The position numbers and the translations under genes are program-made. This document shows positions 1-8,510 of a stretch of DNA of 64,000 nt, one piece after another (the stretch's first letter is position 1; the number at the start of each line of letters is the position of its first letter). Location of the stretch: assembly GCA_019187185.1 (NCBI GenBank), contig JABAQU010000015.1, positions 105,665-169,664 of the forward strand. Reading direction: 5' to 3'. The notes under the pieces are model-generated. The model was not told where the DNA came from. It was given only the letters and a program-made list of their open reading frames with translations, and ran no database searches. Source of the DNA: Steroidobacteraceae bacterium. GTDB lineage: Bacteria; Pseudomonadota; Gammaproteobacteria; Steroidobacterales; Steroidobacteraceae.

Positions 1-1120
1 CGCGTCCGGCAGGCCGCTCGCGGAGGGCGATATCGTGCGGCTCTTCGACGCACAGGGCCCGGACCTGCGTGCAGTGCTGCACGCCGCCGACCGGCTGCGC
101 GCCGAAAGCGTCGGCGAGGGCGTGTCGCACGTCGTCAATTGCAACATCAACTACACGAACATCTGCAAGCACCGCTGCGGTTTCTGCGCCTTCGCGAAAG
201 GCCGCAGCGCCGCGAGCCTGCGCGGGCCGGCCTACAACTACTCGCCGGACGACGTGGCGAGGCGCGCGGTCGAAGCATGGCAGCGTGGCGCCACGGAAGT
301 GTGCCTGCAGGGTGGCATCCACCCGGAGTACACCGGCCGCACCTACCTCGATATCGTGGCGGCGGTGAAGCGTGCCGTGCCGCAGATGCACGTGCATGCG
401 TTCTCGCCGCTCGAGGTCCGCCATGGCGCACAGTCCCTCGGGCTGTCGCTGCACGAATACCTGCGCGAGCTGCAGGCGACCGGCCTCTCGACGCTGCCCG
501 GCACGGCCGCCGAGATCCTCGACGACGAGATCCGGGCCGTGATCTGCCCGGACAAGCTCACCACCGCGGAGTGGCTCGAAGTGATCCGCGAGGCCCACAC
601 GATCGGCCTCCGGACGACCGCCACGATCATGTTCGGTCACGTCGAGCGTCCCGTGCATTGGGCGCGCCACCTGCTCAGGGTGAGGAGACTGCAGGAGGAG
701 ACGGGCGGCTTCACCGAATTCGTGCCGCTGCCCTACGTGCACATGGAGTCACCGATGTGGCGTCGCGGCCGCAGCCGCTCGGGGCCCACGCTGCGCGAGG
801 CAGTTCTGATGCATGCGATTGCGCGACTCGTTCTGCACCCGGTGATCCGCAGCATCCAGGCGTCGTGGGTCAAGATGGGTCCGAAGGGCGTCGCGCTCTG
901 CCTGCAGGCGGGCGCGAACGATCTCGGCGGCACACTGATGTACGAATCGATCACGCGGGCGGCGGGTGGCGTCAACGGGCAGGAATTCGATGCGACCGCC
1001 ATGGCGGAGCTCGTGGCGGGCATCGGCCGGCCGCTCTGGCAGCGCACCACACTGTACGGCCGCGTCGAGGCCGGCGCGATGGCACGGCAGGCCGCGCCAC
1101 GCGAGTGCGCGGCAGGTTAG
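1..1120 (+). CDS. cofH: FO synthase (7,8-didemethyl-8-hydroxy-5-deazariboflavin synthase) CofH subunit, or the CofH half of a fused FbiC; 5' end lies outside the window
   Basis: The frame is open from base 2, with no stop upstream of the ORF-track start at 35. Radical-SAM motif CKHRCGFC is preceded by NCNINYTNIC, and the C-terminal region carries GANDLGGTLMYESI. cofE, cofD and npdG in the same window favour CofH over the homologous MqnC/MqnE enzymes. Confidence 0.85.
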   Translation, partial: ASGRPLAEGDIVRLFDAQGPDLRAVLHAADRLRAESVGEGVSHVVNCNINYTNICKHRCGFCAFAKGRSAASLRGPAYNYSPDDVARRAVEAWQRGATEVCLQGGIHPEYTGRTYLDIVAAVKRAVPQMHVHAFSPLEVRHGAQSLGLSLHEYLRELQATGLSTLPGTAAEILDDEIRAVICPDKLTTAEWLEVIREAHTIGLRTTATIMFGHVERPVHWARHLLRVRRLQEETGGFTEFVPLPYVHMESPMWRRGRSRSGPTLREAVLMHAIARLVLHPVIRSIQASWVKMGPKGVALCLQAGANDLGGTLMYESITRAAGGVNGQEFDATAMAELVAGIGRPLWQRTTLYGRVEAGAMARQAAPRECAAG

Positions 1121-1160
1121 GACGGCACACTGGAGCCGGCAACGGCGCGAAGGCGGGAAC

Positions 1161-1682
1161 ATGACGATTTCGATCGGGGAACTCGAACGGCAGGTGCGCG
1201 TGCTGCGCGACATCGAGGAGATCAAGCGCCTCAAGCACGCGTATTTCCGCTGCATCGACACGGCCAACCTCGCGGAGCTCGCGCAGCTCACACACCCGGA
1301 GGTCACGACCAGCTACGTGGGCGGCAGCTATCGCATCGAGCTCAGGAACCGGGAAGAGTTCCTCGAGATGATCGGCAGTTCGTTCCACGCCGAGTGCGTC
1401 GCGCGACACAACGGCCACCACCCCGAGATCGAGGTGACGAGCGAAACGGAAGCGACCGGAACCTGGTACCTGCACGACGATTTCCTGAACCTGCGGGAAA
1501 TGATCCGGACCGAGGGCACGGCCATCTATCGGGACCGTTACCTGAAGGTGGATGGTCGCTGGGTGATCAGCCACCAGAGCTACGAGCGCATTTACGAGCG
1601 GGTCGAACCGATCACGACGGTGCCTACGCTCACCGTCAACACGCTGGCCCGCGTCGGGCGCCGGCTGCCGAAGAAGGGTTGA
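1161..1682 (+). CDS. SnoaL-like / NTF2-fold protein (SnoaL_4, BaiE-type fold)
   Basis: 173 aa from ATG 1161, with AAGGCGGGA just upstream. Pattern LRDIEEIKRLKHAYFRCIDT ... YRDRYLKVDGRWVISH is typical of SnoaL_4. The ORF-track start at 966 adds an Arg/Ala-rich stretch overlapping cofH and was not used. Confidence 0.75.
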   Translation: MTISIGELERQVRVLRDIEEIKRLKHAYFRCIDTANLAELAQLTHPEVTTSYVGGSYRIELRNREEFLEMIGSSFHAECVARHNGHHPEIEVTSETEATGTWYLHDDFLNLREMIRTEGTAIYRDRYLKVDGRWVISHQSYERIYERVEPITTVPTLTVNTLARVGRRLPKKG

Positions 1683-1691
1683 GGAGTACAG

Positions 1692-2573
1692 ATGCAATTC
1701 TGGCAATCATCGTTCCTGTGCGAGGGTGAACACCTGTTCGACATGGTGAAGCACTGCGAGTCCGCGGGGTTTCACGGCATTCTCGTGTCGGATCATCTCC
1801 TGCATCCCGAGAAGCAGGATTCGAAGTACCTGTACTCGACCGACCACAAGCCGCCGCAGTTCGAGGCGGACACCCTGTGGCCCGAGGCGTGGTCGTTCAT
1901 CGGCGCGCTCGCCGCCGTGACGAAGAAGCTGCACTTCTGCACGAACGTCTTCATCCTGCCGCTGCGCCACCCGCTCGAAGTCGCGAAGGCCACGGGCAGC
2001 GTCGGCTACTTCTCCGGGGGGCGCGTGCACCTCGGTGTCGGCGCCGGGTGGATGAAGGAAGAGTTCGAGATGCTGGGCATCGACTTCCACACCCGCGGCA
2101 AGCGCTACGACGAATGCATCGAGGTCATCCGCAAGGTGCAGACGGGAAAATTCGTGGAGCACCACGGGCAGTTCTTCAATTTCCCGCGCATCATCATGAC
2201 GCCGGCGCCGCCGGCACCGGTGCCGATCCTGATCGGTGGCACGAGCGACGTGGCGCTGCGTCGCGCGGCACGCATCGGCGACGGCTGGGTGTCGCCGGGA
2301 CAGCCGCTCGAGGATGAAATCGCCACGCTGAAGAAACTCGATGCGCTGCGTCGCGAGTACGGCACGCACGGCAAGCCGTTCAACTCGATCGTGGCGATCA
2401 TGCGGGGAGAGGACAAGCCGGTCACGCCGGCCGACATCCGTCGCCTGGAAGATGCGGGCGCCACCGGCTTCACGATCCTGCCGTTCCGGTTCACGATCGG
2501 CCGCGGCACGACGCTCGCGCAGAAACGGGCGGAAATCGACCGGGTCGCCACGGAGTTGATCGCGAAGGTCTGA
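1692..2573 (+). CDS. LLM-class (luciferase-like) oxidoreductase, probably F420-dependent
   Basis: 293 aa. Motifs GFHGILVSDHL, VHLGVGAGW, PILIGGTSDVALRRAARIGDGWVS. Paralogue of 8511..9377. Starts 9 nt after the preceding gene. Confidence 0.8.
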   Translation: MQFWQSSFLCEGEHLFDMVKHCESAGFHGILVSDHLLHPEKQDSKYLYSTDHKPPQFEADTLWPEAWSFIGALAAVTKKLHFCTNVFILPLRHPLEVAKATGSVGYFSGGRVHLGVGAGWMKEEFEMLGIDFHTRGKRYDECIEVIRKVQTGKFVEHHGQFFNFPRIIMTPAPPAPVPILIGGTSDVALRRAARIGDGWVSPGQPLEDEIATLKKLDALRREYGTHGKPFNSIVAIMRGEDKPVTPADIRRLEDAGATGFTILPFRFTIGRGTTLAQKRAEIDRVATELIAKV

Positions 2574-2597
2574 CTCGCGACACGCCGGGCGTGTCGC

Positions 2598-3644
2598 GTG
2601 CCGATGGAGTGGGGCTTCATGCAGGCGGCATCGGTGACCCGTGGAGCCATCGGCCTCGACGAGCTCGCCGCATGGGCGCACGCGCACGTTGCCGACGCGG
2701 CGTCGCCTCTCGCGGGCAGGCCTTACCTGCTGGTGCGCATCGGCGACTCCGGTCGCACGCCCGGTGCACAGGACGTGGCGGACATCGGTCGCTGGCTGCG
2801 TGCCCAACCGTGTCCCGTACTGGGAATCGCGGATGCGGGCGCACACGAGCTGTTGCAGCGCTCCTGCGACCTGGTGTCGGCGGACGAGGCCGCGCTCGAC
2901 GCTGCGATGGACAACATCCGTCACTCACCGCTCGCCGCCATGGTGCTCGTGCAGGTATTGCGTGTCACGGAGCAGATGCCGGTCGAGCACGCGCTCACGG
3001 TCGAGTCGCTCGCTTATGCCACGCTGCAGGGCGGCGAGGAGCATCGCCGCTGGCTGGCTGCACGCACACCCCGCAATCGGCCGGCCGCGCGCGACCCCGA
3101 CCCTGCCGTACTCGTGGAGAGGACCGGGAACGAAGTCGAGATCCGCTTGAATCGACCTTCGCGGCGCAACCCGCTGTCGATCGAAATGCGCGATGGATTG
3201 TGCGAGGCGCTGGAGCTCGTCGCCGCGGATCCGTCGATTGCGAGGGTGCGGATCGCCGGCAACGGTGACGCGTTCTGCTCGGGCGGGGACCTCGATGAGT
3301 TCGGGGCCACACCGGACACTGCGACAGCCCACGCCGTGCGCAGCCTGCGGTTGCCGGCGGCCACGCTGCAGAGGTGCGCGGATCGGGTCGAATTCCGCGT
3401 GCACGGTGCGTGCATCGGGGCCGGCATCGAATTGCCGGCCTTCGCGCCGACCGTTCGCGCGCGGCGCGATGCGTTCTTCCAGCTTCCCGAGATCCGCATG
3501 GGCCTGATTCCGGGCGCGGGTGGCTGCGCGAGCATTCCGCGCCGCATCGGACGGCAGCGTACGGCGCTCATGGCGCTGTCGGCCGCGCGCATCGATGCGC
3601 CGACGGCCCTCGCCTGGGGACTGATCGACGCGATCGAAGACTGA
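2598..3644 (+). CDS. crotonase-superfamily (enoyl-CoA hydratase/isomerase) protein with atypical domain order
   Basis: The C-terminal ~180 aa carry the crotonase core (EIRLNRPSRRNPLS, GDAFCSGGDL, HGACIGAGIEL, EIRMGLIPGAGG), and the protein ends right after GLIDAIED. The N-terminal ~165 aa resemble the C-terminal helices of a crotonase (RHSPLAAMVLVQVL...ESLAYATL). GTG start at 2598; ATG alternatives at 2604 and 2619. Confidence 0.75.
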   Translation: MPMEWGFMQAASVTRGAIGLDELAAWAHAHVADAASPLAGRPYLLVRIGDSGRTPGAQDVADIGRWLRAQPCPVLGIADAGAHELLQRSCDLVSADEAALDAAMDNIRHSPLAAMVLVQVLRVTEQMPVEHALTVESLAYATLQGGEEHRRWLAARTPRNRPAARDPDPAVLVERTGNEVEIRLNRPSRRNPLSIEMRDGLCEALELVAADPSIARVRIAGNGDAFCSGGDLDEFGATPDTATAHAVRSLRLPAATLQRCADRVEFRVHGACIGAGIELPAFAPTVRARRDAFFQLPEIRMGLIPGAGGCASIPRRIGRQRTALMALSAARIDAPTALAWGLIDAIED

Positions 3645-3690
3645 TGCCCGGCAACAGCGGCCGCTCTCTGCGAGTCGGGCTCGCTGCGGC

Positions 3691-5103
3691 TCAGCCGCGC
3701 TGCCAGATCAGCTGGCCGCCCCGAAGTGTCGCGATCACGCGTACGGCCGCAAGATCGCAACGTGCCGCAGACCATGGGCGGTCGAGCAGGCACAGATCCG
3801 CCGGCGTCCCCGGTGCGATGTGCATGGCCGCCGTGCCGGGCGCCAGCGGATCACCGCTGAAGAGTCCGAGCGCCTCTTCCGGCGTCAGGGCTTCGGCGCA
3901 GCCGAGCGTTTGGCCCGCCTGGGTGCGGCGATCCACTGCGGCCTGCATGGCGAGCCATGGATCGGGTTCGCCGAGCGGCGCATCGGTTCCTGCCGCGAGT
4001 GCAATGCCCGCGTCGAGGAAGGCGCGCCCGCGATAGAGCCACGGACAGTCGCGGGCGGCGACGTCCGCGAGGTAGGCGTCGCCGCGCTCGCGCACGAAAT
4101 TCGGCTGCGTCACGACCGTGACGCGCTGTTCGGCGATGAGCGCGAGCACTGCAGGCGGCGCGACGGAGGCATGCTCGATGCGATCACCGGGCCGGCTGCC
4201 GACCGCGGCGAGCGCCGCGAGCGCGAACACGATCTCCGCCTCCGTCACACAGTGCACGGCGATGGCGCGCCCGGCGTCGTGGCTGCCCGCGATCGCGGCG
4301 CACAGATCCTCGAGTGTGGGGAGCGAAGACTCGCGCAGGTAGATCTTGGTCGGGCCCCGCTTCACGGCCTCCGAGTCCCCGATGGCGTCGAGGCCGGCAT
4401 CGCCCATCACGCATACGCGCTGCAGGAGTTCCGCGCGCGCGGTCGCGTCGACGAAGTGGCGGAACTCCTGCCGCGAGTTGCGCGCGCTCGCGTCGGTGAT
4501 GCCGGTGACGCCGAAGCTCGCCAGCAGGGCGCTCGCGGCGTGCAATGCCGGTGGCGAGCCGCCGAGCCGTCGTCGCAGCCATGGATCGAGGTCGTAGAGC
4601 CTGCCGGTCGCGAGTGCGTCGTTTGCGCGCAGGGGCGCGAGCTCGTTGGCATCGGCGCCGGCAGCCAGCCGCTCGAGTCCGCGGGAATTCACGATCCAGA
4701 GACGACCGGAGCGATGCTGGATGCGCACCGGCCGATCGGCGACGATGCGATCGAGCCAGGCTCGATCGATGTCTCCGGCCACCGATTCGTGGTATGCAAT
4801 GCCGCGGATCCATGCGTCGTCGTTCGCCGGCAGGCTCGCTGCGTGTTCGCGCAGGCGGCACGCGAGTGCGTCCTCGGTCACGATCCCCGGGGGGCCGCAT
4901 CGCAGCGATGCGAGCGAGGTCGCGAGCGCGAGGACGTGCAGGTGATGGTCGTGCAGTCCGCGCACGAGCGCACCCCCGCGCGCATCGAGCACGGTTTCGC
5001 CGGACCGGGCAGGCAGGCGCTCGCCCAGCTGCGTCACGAATCCGCCGTCGATGCGCATGTCCGAGGTCCCGCACCGGCCGAGTTCCGCGTTGCGTATCAG
5101 CAT
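3691..5103 (-). CDS. metal-dependent amidohydrolase (Amidohydro_3 / YtcJ-like)
   Basis: 470 aa. N-terminal GLHDHHLH metal-binding HxH motif, AVHCV and GTDAP motifs. Overlaps the upstream gene by 7 nt. Confidence 0.8.
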   Translation of the reverse strand: MLIRNAELGRCGTSDMRIDGGFVTQLGERLPARSGETVLDARGGALVRGLHDHHLHVLALATSLASLRCGPPGIVTEDALACRLREHAASLPANDDAWIRGIAYHESVAGDIDRAWLDRIVADRPVRIQHRSGRLWIVNSRGLERLAAGADANELAPLRANDALATGRLYDLDPWLRRRLGGSPPALHAASALLASFGVTGITDASARNSRQEFRHFVDATARAELLQRVCVMGDAGLDAIGDSEAVKRGPTKIYLRESSLPTLEDLCAAIAGSHDAGRAIAVHCVTEAEIVFALAALAAVGSRPGDRIEHASVAPPAVLALIAEQRVTVVTQPNFVRERGDAYLADVAARDCPWLYRGRAFLDAGIALAAGTDAPLGEPDPWLAMQAAVDRRTQAGQTLGCAEALTPEEALGLFSGDPLAPGTAAMHIAPGTPADLCLLDRPWSAARCDLAAVRVIATLRGGQLIWQRG

Positions 5104-6524
5104 GCGCGACTCGGGCGGCGGAACACCGAGTCATTGTCGGCGCCGAGGGGGCACGCACGGCCGGTGACTGCACGGGCCGCCGGACGCACCGCATCGAGTC
5201 CGAGTGCGCGGGCCTCGGCAGTCCAGGCGCGCCAGCGCTCGCGCATCGCAGCCTCGGTACGAGGTTGGCCGAAGGCGATGCCGTGAGCCACGACATCGCG
5301 CAGCGTGATCTCGATGAGATGGCCGCCGCCGCCGCGATGGCTGGCAAGGCCGGCCAGCGCAGCGTGCATCCCGGCCAGCGGATCGGCGAGCGCATCGCCA
5401 CAGACGAGCGGCGCACCGGTCAGCTGCTGCATCAGCGAGGACAGGCCGGCAGCGACGGCGCCGTCGTCGCCGAAGGCTACCCAGTCGCTGCCCGGTTCGT
5501 CACGGCCGTAGCCGGTGAGGCTGACCCAGGTCAGCCCCGGGCGCCTTGCGACGCATTGCTCGGCGACGATTCCCCGCTCGCGCAGCGCGCGCGGTCGCGA
5601 GCCCTCGATCACGATGTCGGCCCAGTCGAGGAGGGCGTGCAGGCGCTCCATGCCGCGGCCATCGAACGGGATCGCCACGCTGCGCTTGCGGTGGTTCAGC
5701 AGGTCGAAGAAATCCGCAGGGCCTCTGCGGGCGCCGTCCGGCCGATCGGGACTTTCAACCTTGATGACCTCGCCGCCGAGTTGCTGGAGCAGGTGCGAGC
5801 ACAGAGGGCCCGCCCACAGCGACGACAGGTCGACGATGCGGGGCGGGCGCACGCGGGTCCCGATCGGCGCCGTCGGGCCGTGCCGTGCCGCGGAGAACCA
5901 GGGCCGCGGCACTGCTGCCGGCGGGGCTGATACGCACGCGGCGAGCCCCAGCAAACGTGCTCGCTCGACGAGCGGCTCGACGGCGCGCGCAGCGACTGTG
6001 CTGGCGAGCGCGTCCCACGATTCGATGCGACCGGACTCGAGCCACGCAGGCACATCCGCCCAGTCGGCGGCACGCGGCAGGCTGACGGCGAACCATCCAT
6101 CCGCGCCTGCGAGCAGGCGGCAGCTGCCCCCGGGCGACATGAGACCTTTTCGATGCAACCGCGCGATCGCAGCCCGCTCACCGAGCAGGGCGCGTCCTGC
6201 CGGCAGGCTGCCGACGGCATCGAGCGGTGCGAGGCAGGAGAGCGCCCGCACCGCGCCGTCCGCACAGCTCGCGAGCGGTGCAGGGCACATCTGTGCGGGG
6301 CCGTCGGCGAGCCCCGTCAGTGACATGAGGCCGCTCTGCGCCCAGGCGATCGCGGCGGACAGGTCCTCCGGGCCGGCGACCGTGGTCACGCGTGCACCGA
6401 GCGATTCGAGCAGTGCGTGCGCGTAATCGCTCGCGATGCCGTGCCCCGCGAGGCGGAGCGGCGGCAGCGCGGACAGGAGACCGGCGTCGGAAGCTGGGGG
6501 CACGTGCATCGGCTGATTGTTCAA
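5097..6524 (-). CDS. family III (CaiB/BaiF) CoA-transferase-like protein with ~200-aa N-terminal extension
   Basis: 475 aa. Canonical N-terminal CaiB motif appears only at residue ~225 (IVDLSSLWAGPLCSHLLQQLGGEVIKVESP), followed by LTGYGRDEP. The extension contains CaiB-like fragments (SGLMSLTGLADGP, ADGWFAVSL). Confidence 0.75.
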   Translation of the reverse strand: MNNQPMHVPPASDAGLLSALPPLRLAGHGIASDYAHALLESLGARVTTVAGPEDLSAAIAWAQSGLMSLTGLADGPAQMCPAPLASCADGAVRALSCLAPLDAVGSLPAGRALLGERAAIARLHRKGLMSPGGSCRLLAGADGWFAVSLPRAADWADVPAWLESGRIESWDALASTVAARAVEPLVERARLLGLAACVSAPPAAVPRPWFSAARHGPTAPIGTRVRPPRIVDLSSLWAGPLCSHLLQQLGGEVIKVESPDRPDGARRGPADFFDLLNHRKRSVAIPFDGRGMERLHALLDWADIVIEGSRPRALRERGIVAEQCVARRPGLTWVSLTGYGRDEPGSDWVAFGDDGAVAAGLSSLMQQLTGAPLVCGDALADPLAGMHAALAGLASHRGGGGHLIEITLRDVVAHGIAFGQPRTEAAMRERWRAWTAEARALGLDAVRPAARAVTGRACPLGADNDSVFRRPSRAC

Positions 6525-6680
6525 TGGATGCCCGGTCGCGACAAAGGGCGTAGTGTTCGGCTAGTCCAGGTGGACGATGATCCATGGCAGCCCGACGACG
6601 AGACTTGGACGCGCGTCCCGGGGGGGCATGCGGGCGCGTCGTCCGAATCAGCTTTGCCCGGAAATACGGCGGATATCGTC

Positions 6681-6992
6681 ATGAGGTTACTGAAGGCCGG
6701 TACGCGTGCCAAGTGCGCGGTGTGCGATACGGAAGTCATGGTCGTTCGCGCGGCGCCCGTGGAGGTGCAGGTCACCTGCGGCGGCGTCGAGCTGATCGCG
6801 ATGGATGGCGCGAAGGCGCCGGGTGCGCATGTGGATGCGGCGGCAGGCCAGTCTGCGCTCGTCGGCAAGCGCTACGTGAATGCGGCAGATGTCGTCGAAC
6901 TGCTGTGCACGAAAGGCGGCAAAGGGCAGCTGGCGGTGGGCGGCGAGCCGCTCTCGGTCAAGCAGGCAAAACCGCTGCCGTCTTCGGACTAG
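6681..6992 (+). CDS. small Cys-containing hypothetical protein, internally duplicated zinc-ribbon-like
   Basis: 103 aa from ATG 6681. Stop lies 3 nt before the acyl-CoA synthetase start. Contains CAVCDTEV...TCGG in the first half and GKRYV...LLCTKGGKG...KPLPSSD in the second. The longer 6417 start would add an Arg-rich leader. Confidence 0.5.
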   Translation: MRLLKAGTRAKCAVCDTEVMVVRAAPVEVQVTCGGVELIAMDGAKAPGAHVDAAAGQSALVGKRYVNAADVVELLCTKGGKGQLAVGGEPLSVKQAKPLPSSD

Positions 6993-6995
6993 TCC

Positions 6996-8504
6996 GTGAA
7001 CCTGGTCATGACGCTCGAGATGGCGGCCGAGTGCCATCCGCAGCGCATCGCCGTCACCTCGACCGACACTCGGCTCACGTGTGCGGAGCTGCTGGCGGCC
7101 GCGCGTGCCGCGGCGCTGGGCATTCGGGAAGCGGGCGTGAAATACGTCGGCATGCTCGACATCAACAGCCCGGCCGTACCGATTGCGCTGTTTGCCTCCG
7201 CGTATGCGGGTGTGCCCTACGTGCCGCTCAACTATCGGCTCACCCGGGGCGAGATCGAGGCGCTGCTCGCGCGCATCGCACCGGCGCTGCTCATCACCGA
7301 CGAGCCGGTGGTCGCGCCACTGACGCTTCCGCCCGGCATCACCGTGATGCTGCGCAGCGAGTTCCAGCGTCGCGCCCTGTCGGCTGCGCCCACGGAGATC
7401 TCCGCGCCGGGTGAACCGCGTGATGCCGCGATCCAGCTGTTCACGAGCGGGACGACGGGCAAGCCCAAGGCGGCCGTGCTGCGGCACGAAAACCTGATGT
7501 CCTACGTGCTCGGCACCGTGGAGTTCGCCTCCGCCGCCGAGGATGACGCGATCCTGATTTCCGTCCCCCCGTACCACATCGCGGGGATTTCGGCGGTCCT
7601 GAGCTCGATCTATGCCGGCCGGCGCATGGTGCAGCTGCCGAACTTCGATGCGGCCACGTGGCTGCAACTGTGCCGCGACCAGAAGGTCACCAATGCGTTC
7701 GTCGTGCCGACGATGCTGTCGAGGATCGTCGATCACCTGCAGCTGCACCCGGGAGACGCCCGCATGCCGTCACTGCGGGCAATCGCCTACGGCGGCGGCA
7801 AGATGCCGCTCGCGGTGATCGAACAGGCGATGCGGCTCCTCCCCGGCGTCGATTTCACCAATGCCTATGGCCTGACGGAGACGAGTTCGACGATCTGTCT
7901 CCTCGGGCCCGACGACCATCGCAGCGGCTTCGGAAGCGCGGATCCGCTGGTGCGTCGCCGCCTGTCGTCGGTCGGCAAGCCCGTGCCGACGATCGAGCTC
8001 GAGGTGCGCGGCGAGGCCGGCGAGGTGCTCGGACCCGGCCAGTCCGGCGAGGTCTTCGTGCGCGGCGGACAGGTCGCCGGCGAATACCTGGAGCAGGGCA
8101 GTCTGCTCGACACGGATGGCTGGTTCCCGACGCGCGATCGCGGCCACGTCGATGAATACGGCTACGTGTATCTCGAAGGCCGCGCCGACGACGTCATCGT
8201 CCGCGGCGGGGAGAACATCTCGCCGGGCGAAGTCGAGGATGTCCTGCTGGAGCACCCCGCGGTGTCCGATGCCGCCGTCGTCGCCGTGCCGGACCGGCAA
8301 TGGGGCGAGTCGGTCGGGGCCGTGATCGTGCTGCGCGAAAACGCGCAGGCCACGGATGCCGAGTTGCAGGACTGGGTCAGGCAGCGACTGCGTTCATCCC
8401 GTGTGCCGACCGCCATTCGCTATGTCGATCAATTGCCGTTCAACGAAATGGGCAAGGTGCTGCGACGCGTCCTGAAGCAGCAATTCGCCGATCTGAAATC
8501 GTAG
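6996..8504 (+). CDS. AMP-dependent acyl-CoA synthetase/ligase
   Basis: 502 aa. AMP-binding signature LFTSGTTGKPKAAVL, YGLTETSS, GWFPTRDRG, and a C-terminal MGKVLRR lysine motif. Confidence 0.9.
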   Translation: MNLVMTLEMAAECHPQRIAVTSTDTRLTCAELLAAARAAALGIREAGVKYVGMLDINSPAVPIALFASAYAGVPYVPLNYRLTRGEIEALLARIAPALLITDEPVVAPLTLPPGITVMLRSEFQRRALSAAPTEISAPGEPRDAAIQLFTSGTTGKPKAAVLRHENLMSYVLGTVEFASAAEDDAILISVPPYHIAGISAVLSSIYAGRRMVQLPNFDAATWLQLCRDQKVTNAFVVPTMLSRIVDHLQLHPGDARMPSLRAIAYGGGKMPLAVIEQAMRLLPGVDFTNAYGLTETSSTICLLGPDDHRSGFGSADPLVRRRLSSVGKPVPTIELEVRGEAGEVLGPGQSGEVFVRGGQVAGEYLEQGSLLDTDGWFPTRDRGHVDEYGYVYLEGRADDVIVRGGENISPGEVEDVLLEHPAVSDAAVVAVPDRQWGESVGAVIVLRENAQATDAELQDWVRQRLRSSRVPTAIRYVDQLPFNEMGKVLRRVLKQQFADLKS

Positions 8505-8510
8505 GTCGCC

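Noticed and set aside
1707-2924. 405-aa ORF on the minus strand
   Set aside because: It lies antisense to the LLM oxidoreductase and the crotonase-like gene. The product is Arg/Ala/Pro-rich with no recognisable motifs. This is the typical long spurious ORF of a high-GC genome.
6607-6618. 12-nt palindrome GGACGCGCGTCC and a nearby GCGCGTC repeat in the divergent region upstream of the small Cys protein
   Set aside because: Short CG-repeat palindromes like this are expected by chance in sequence this GC-rich, so it is not distinctive enough to call a site.
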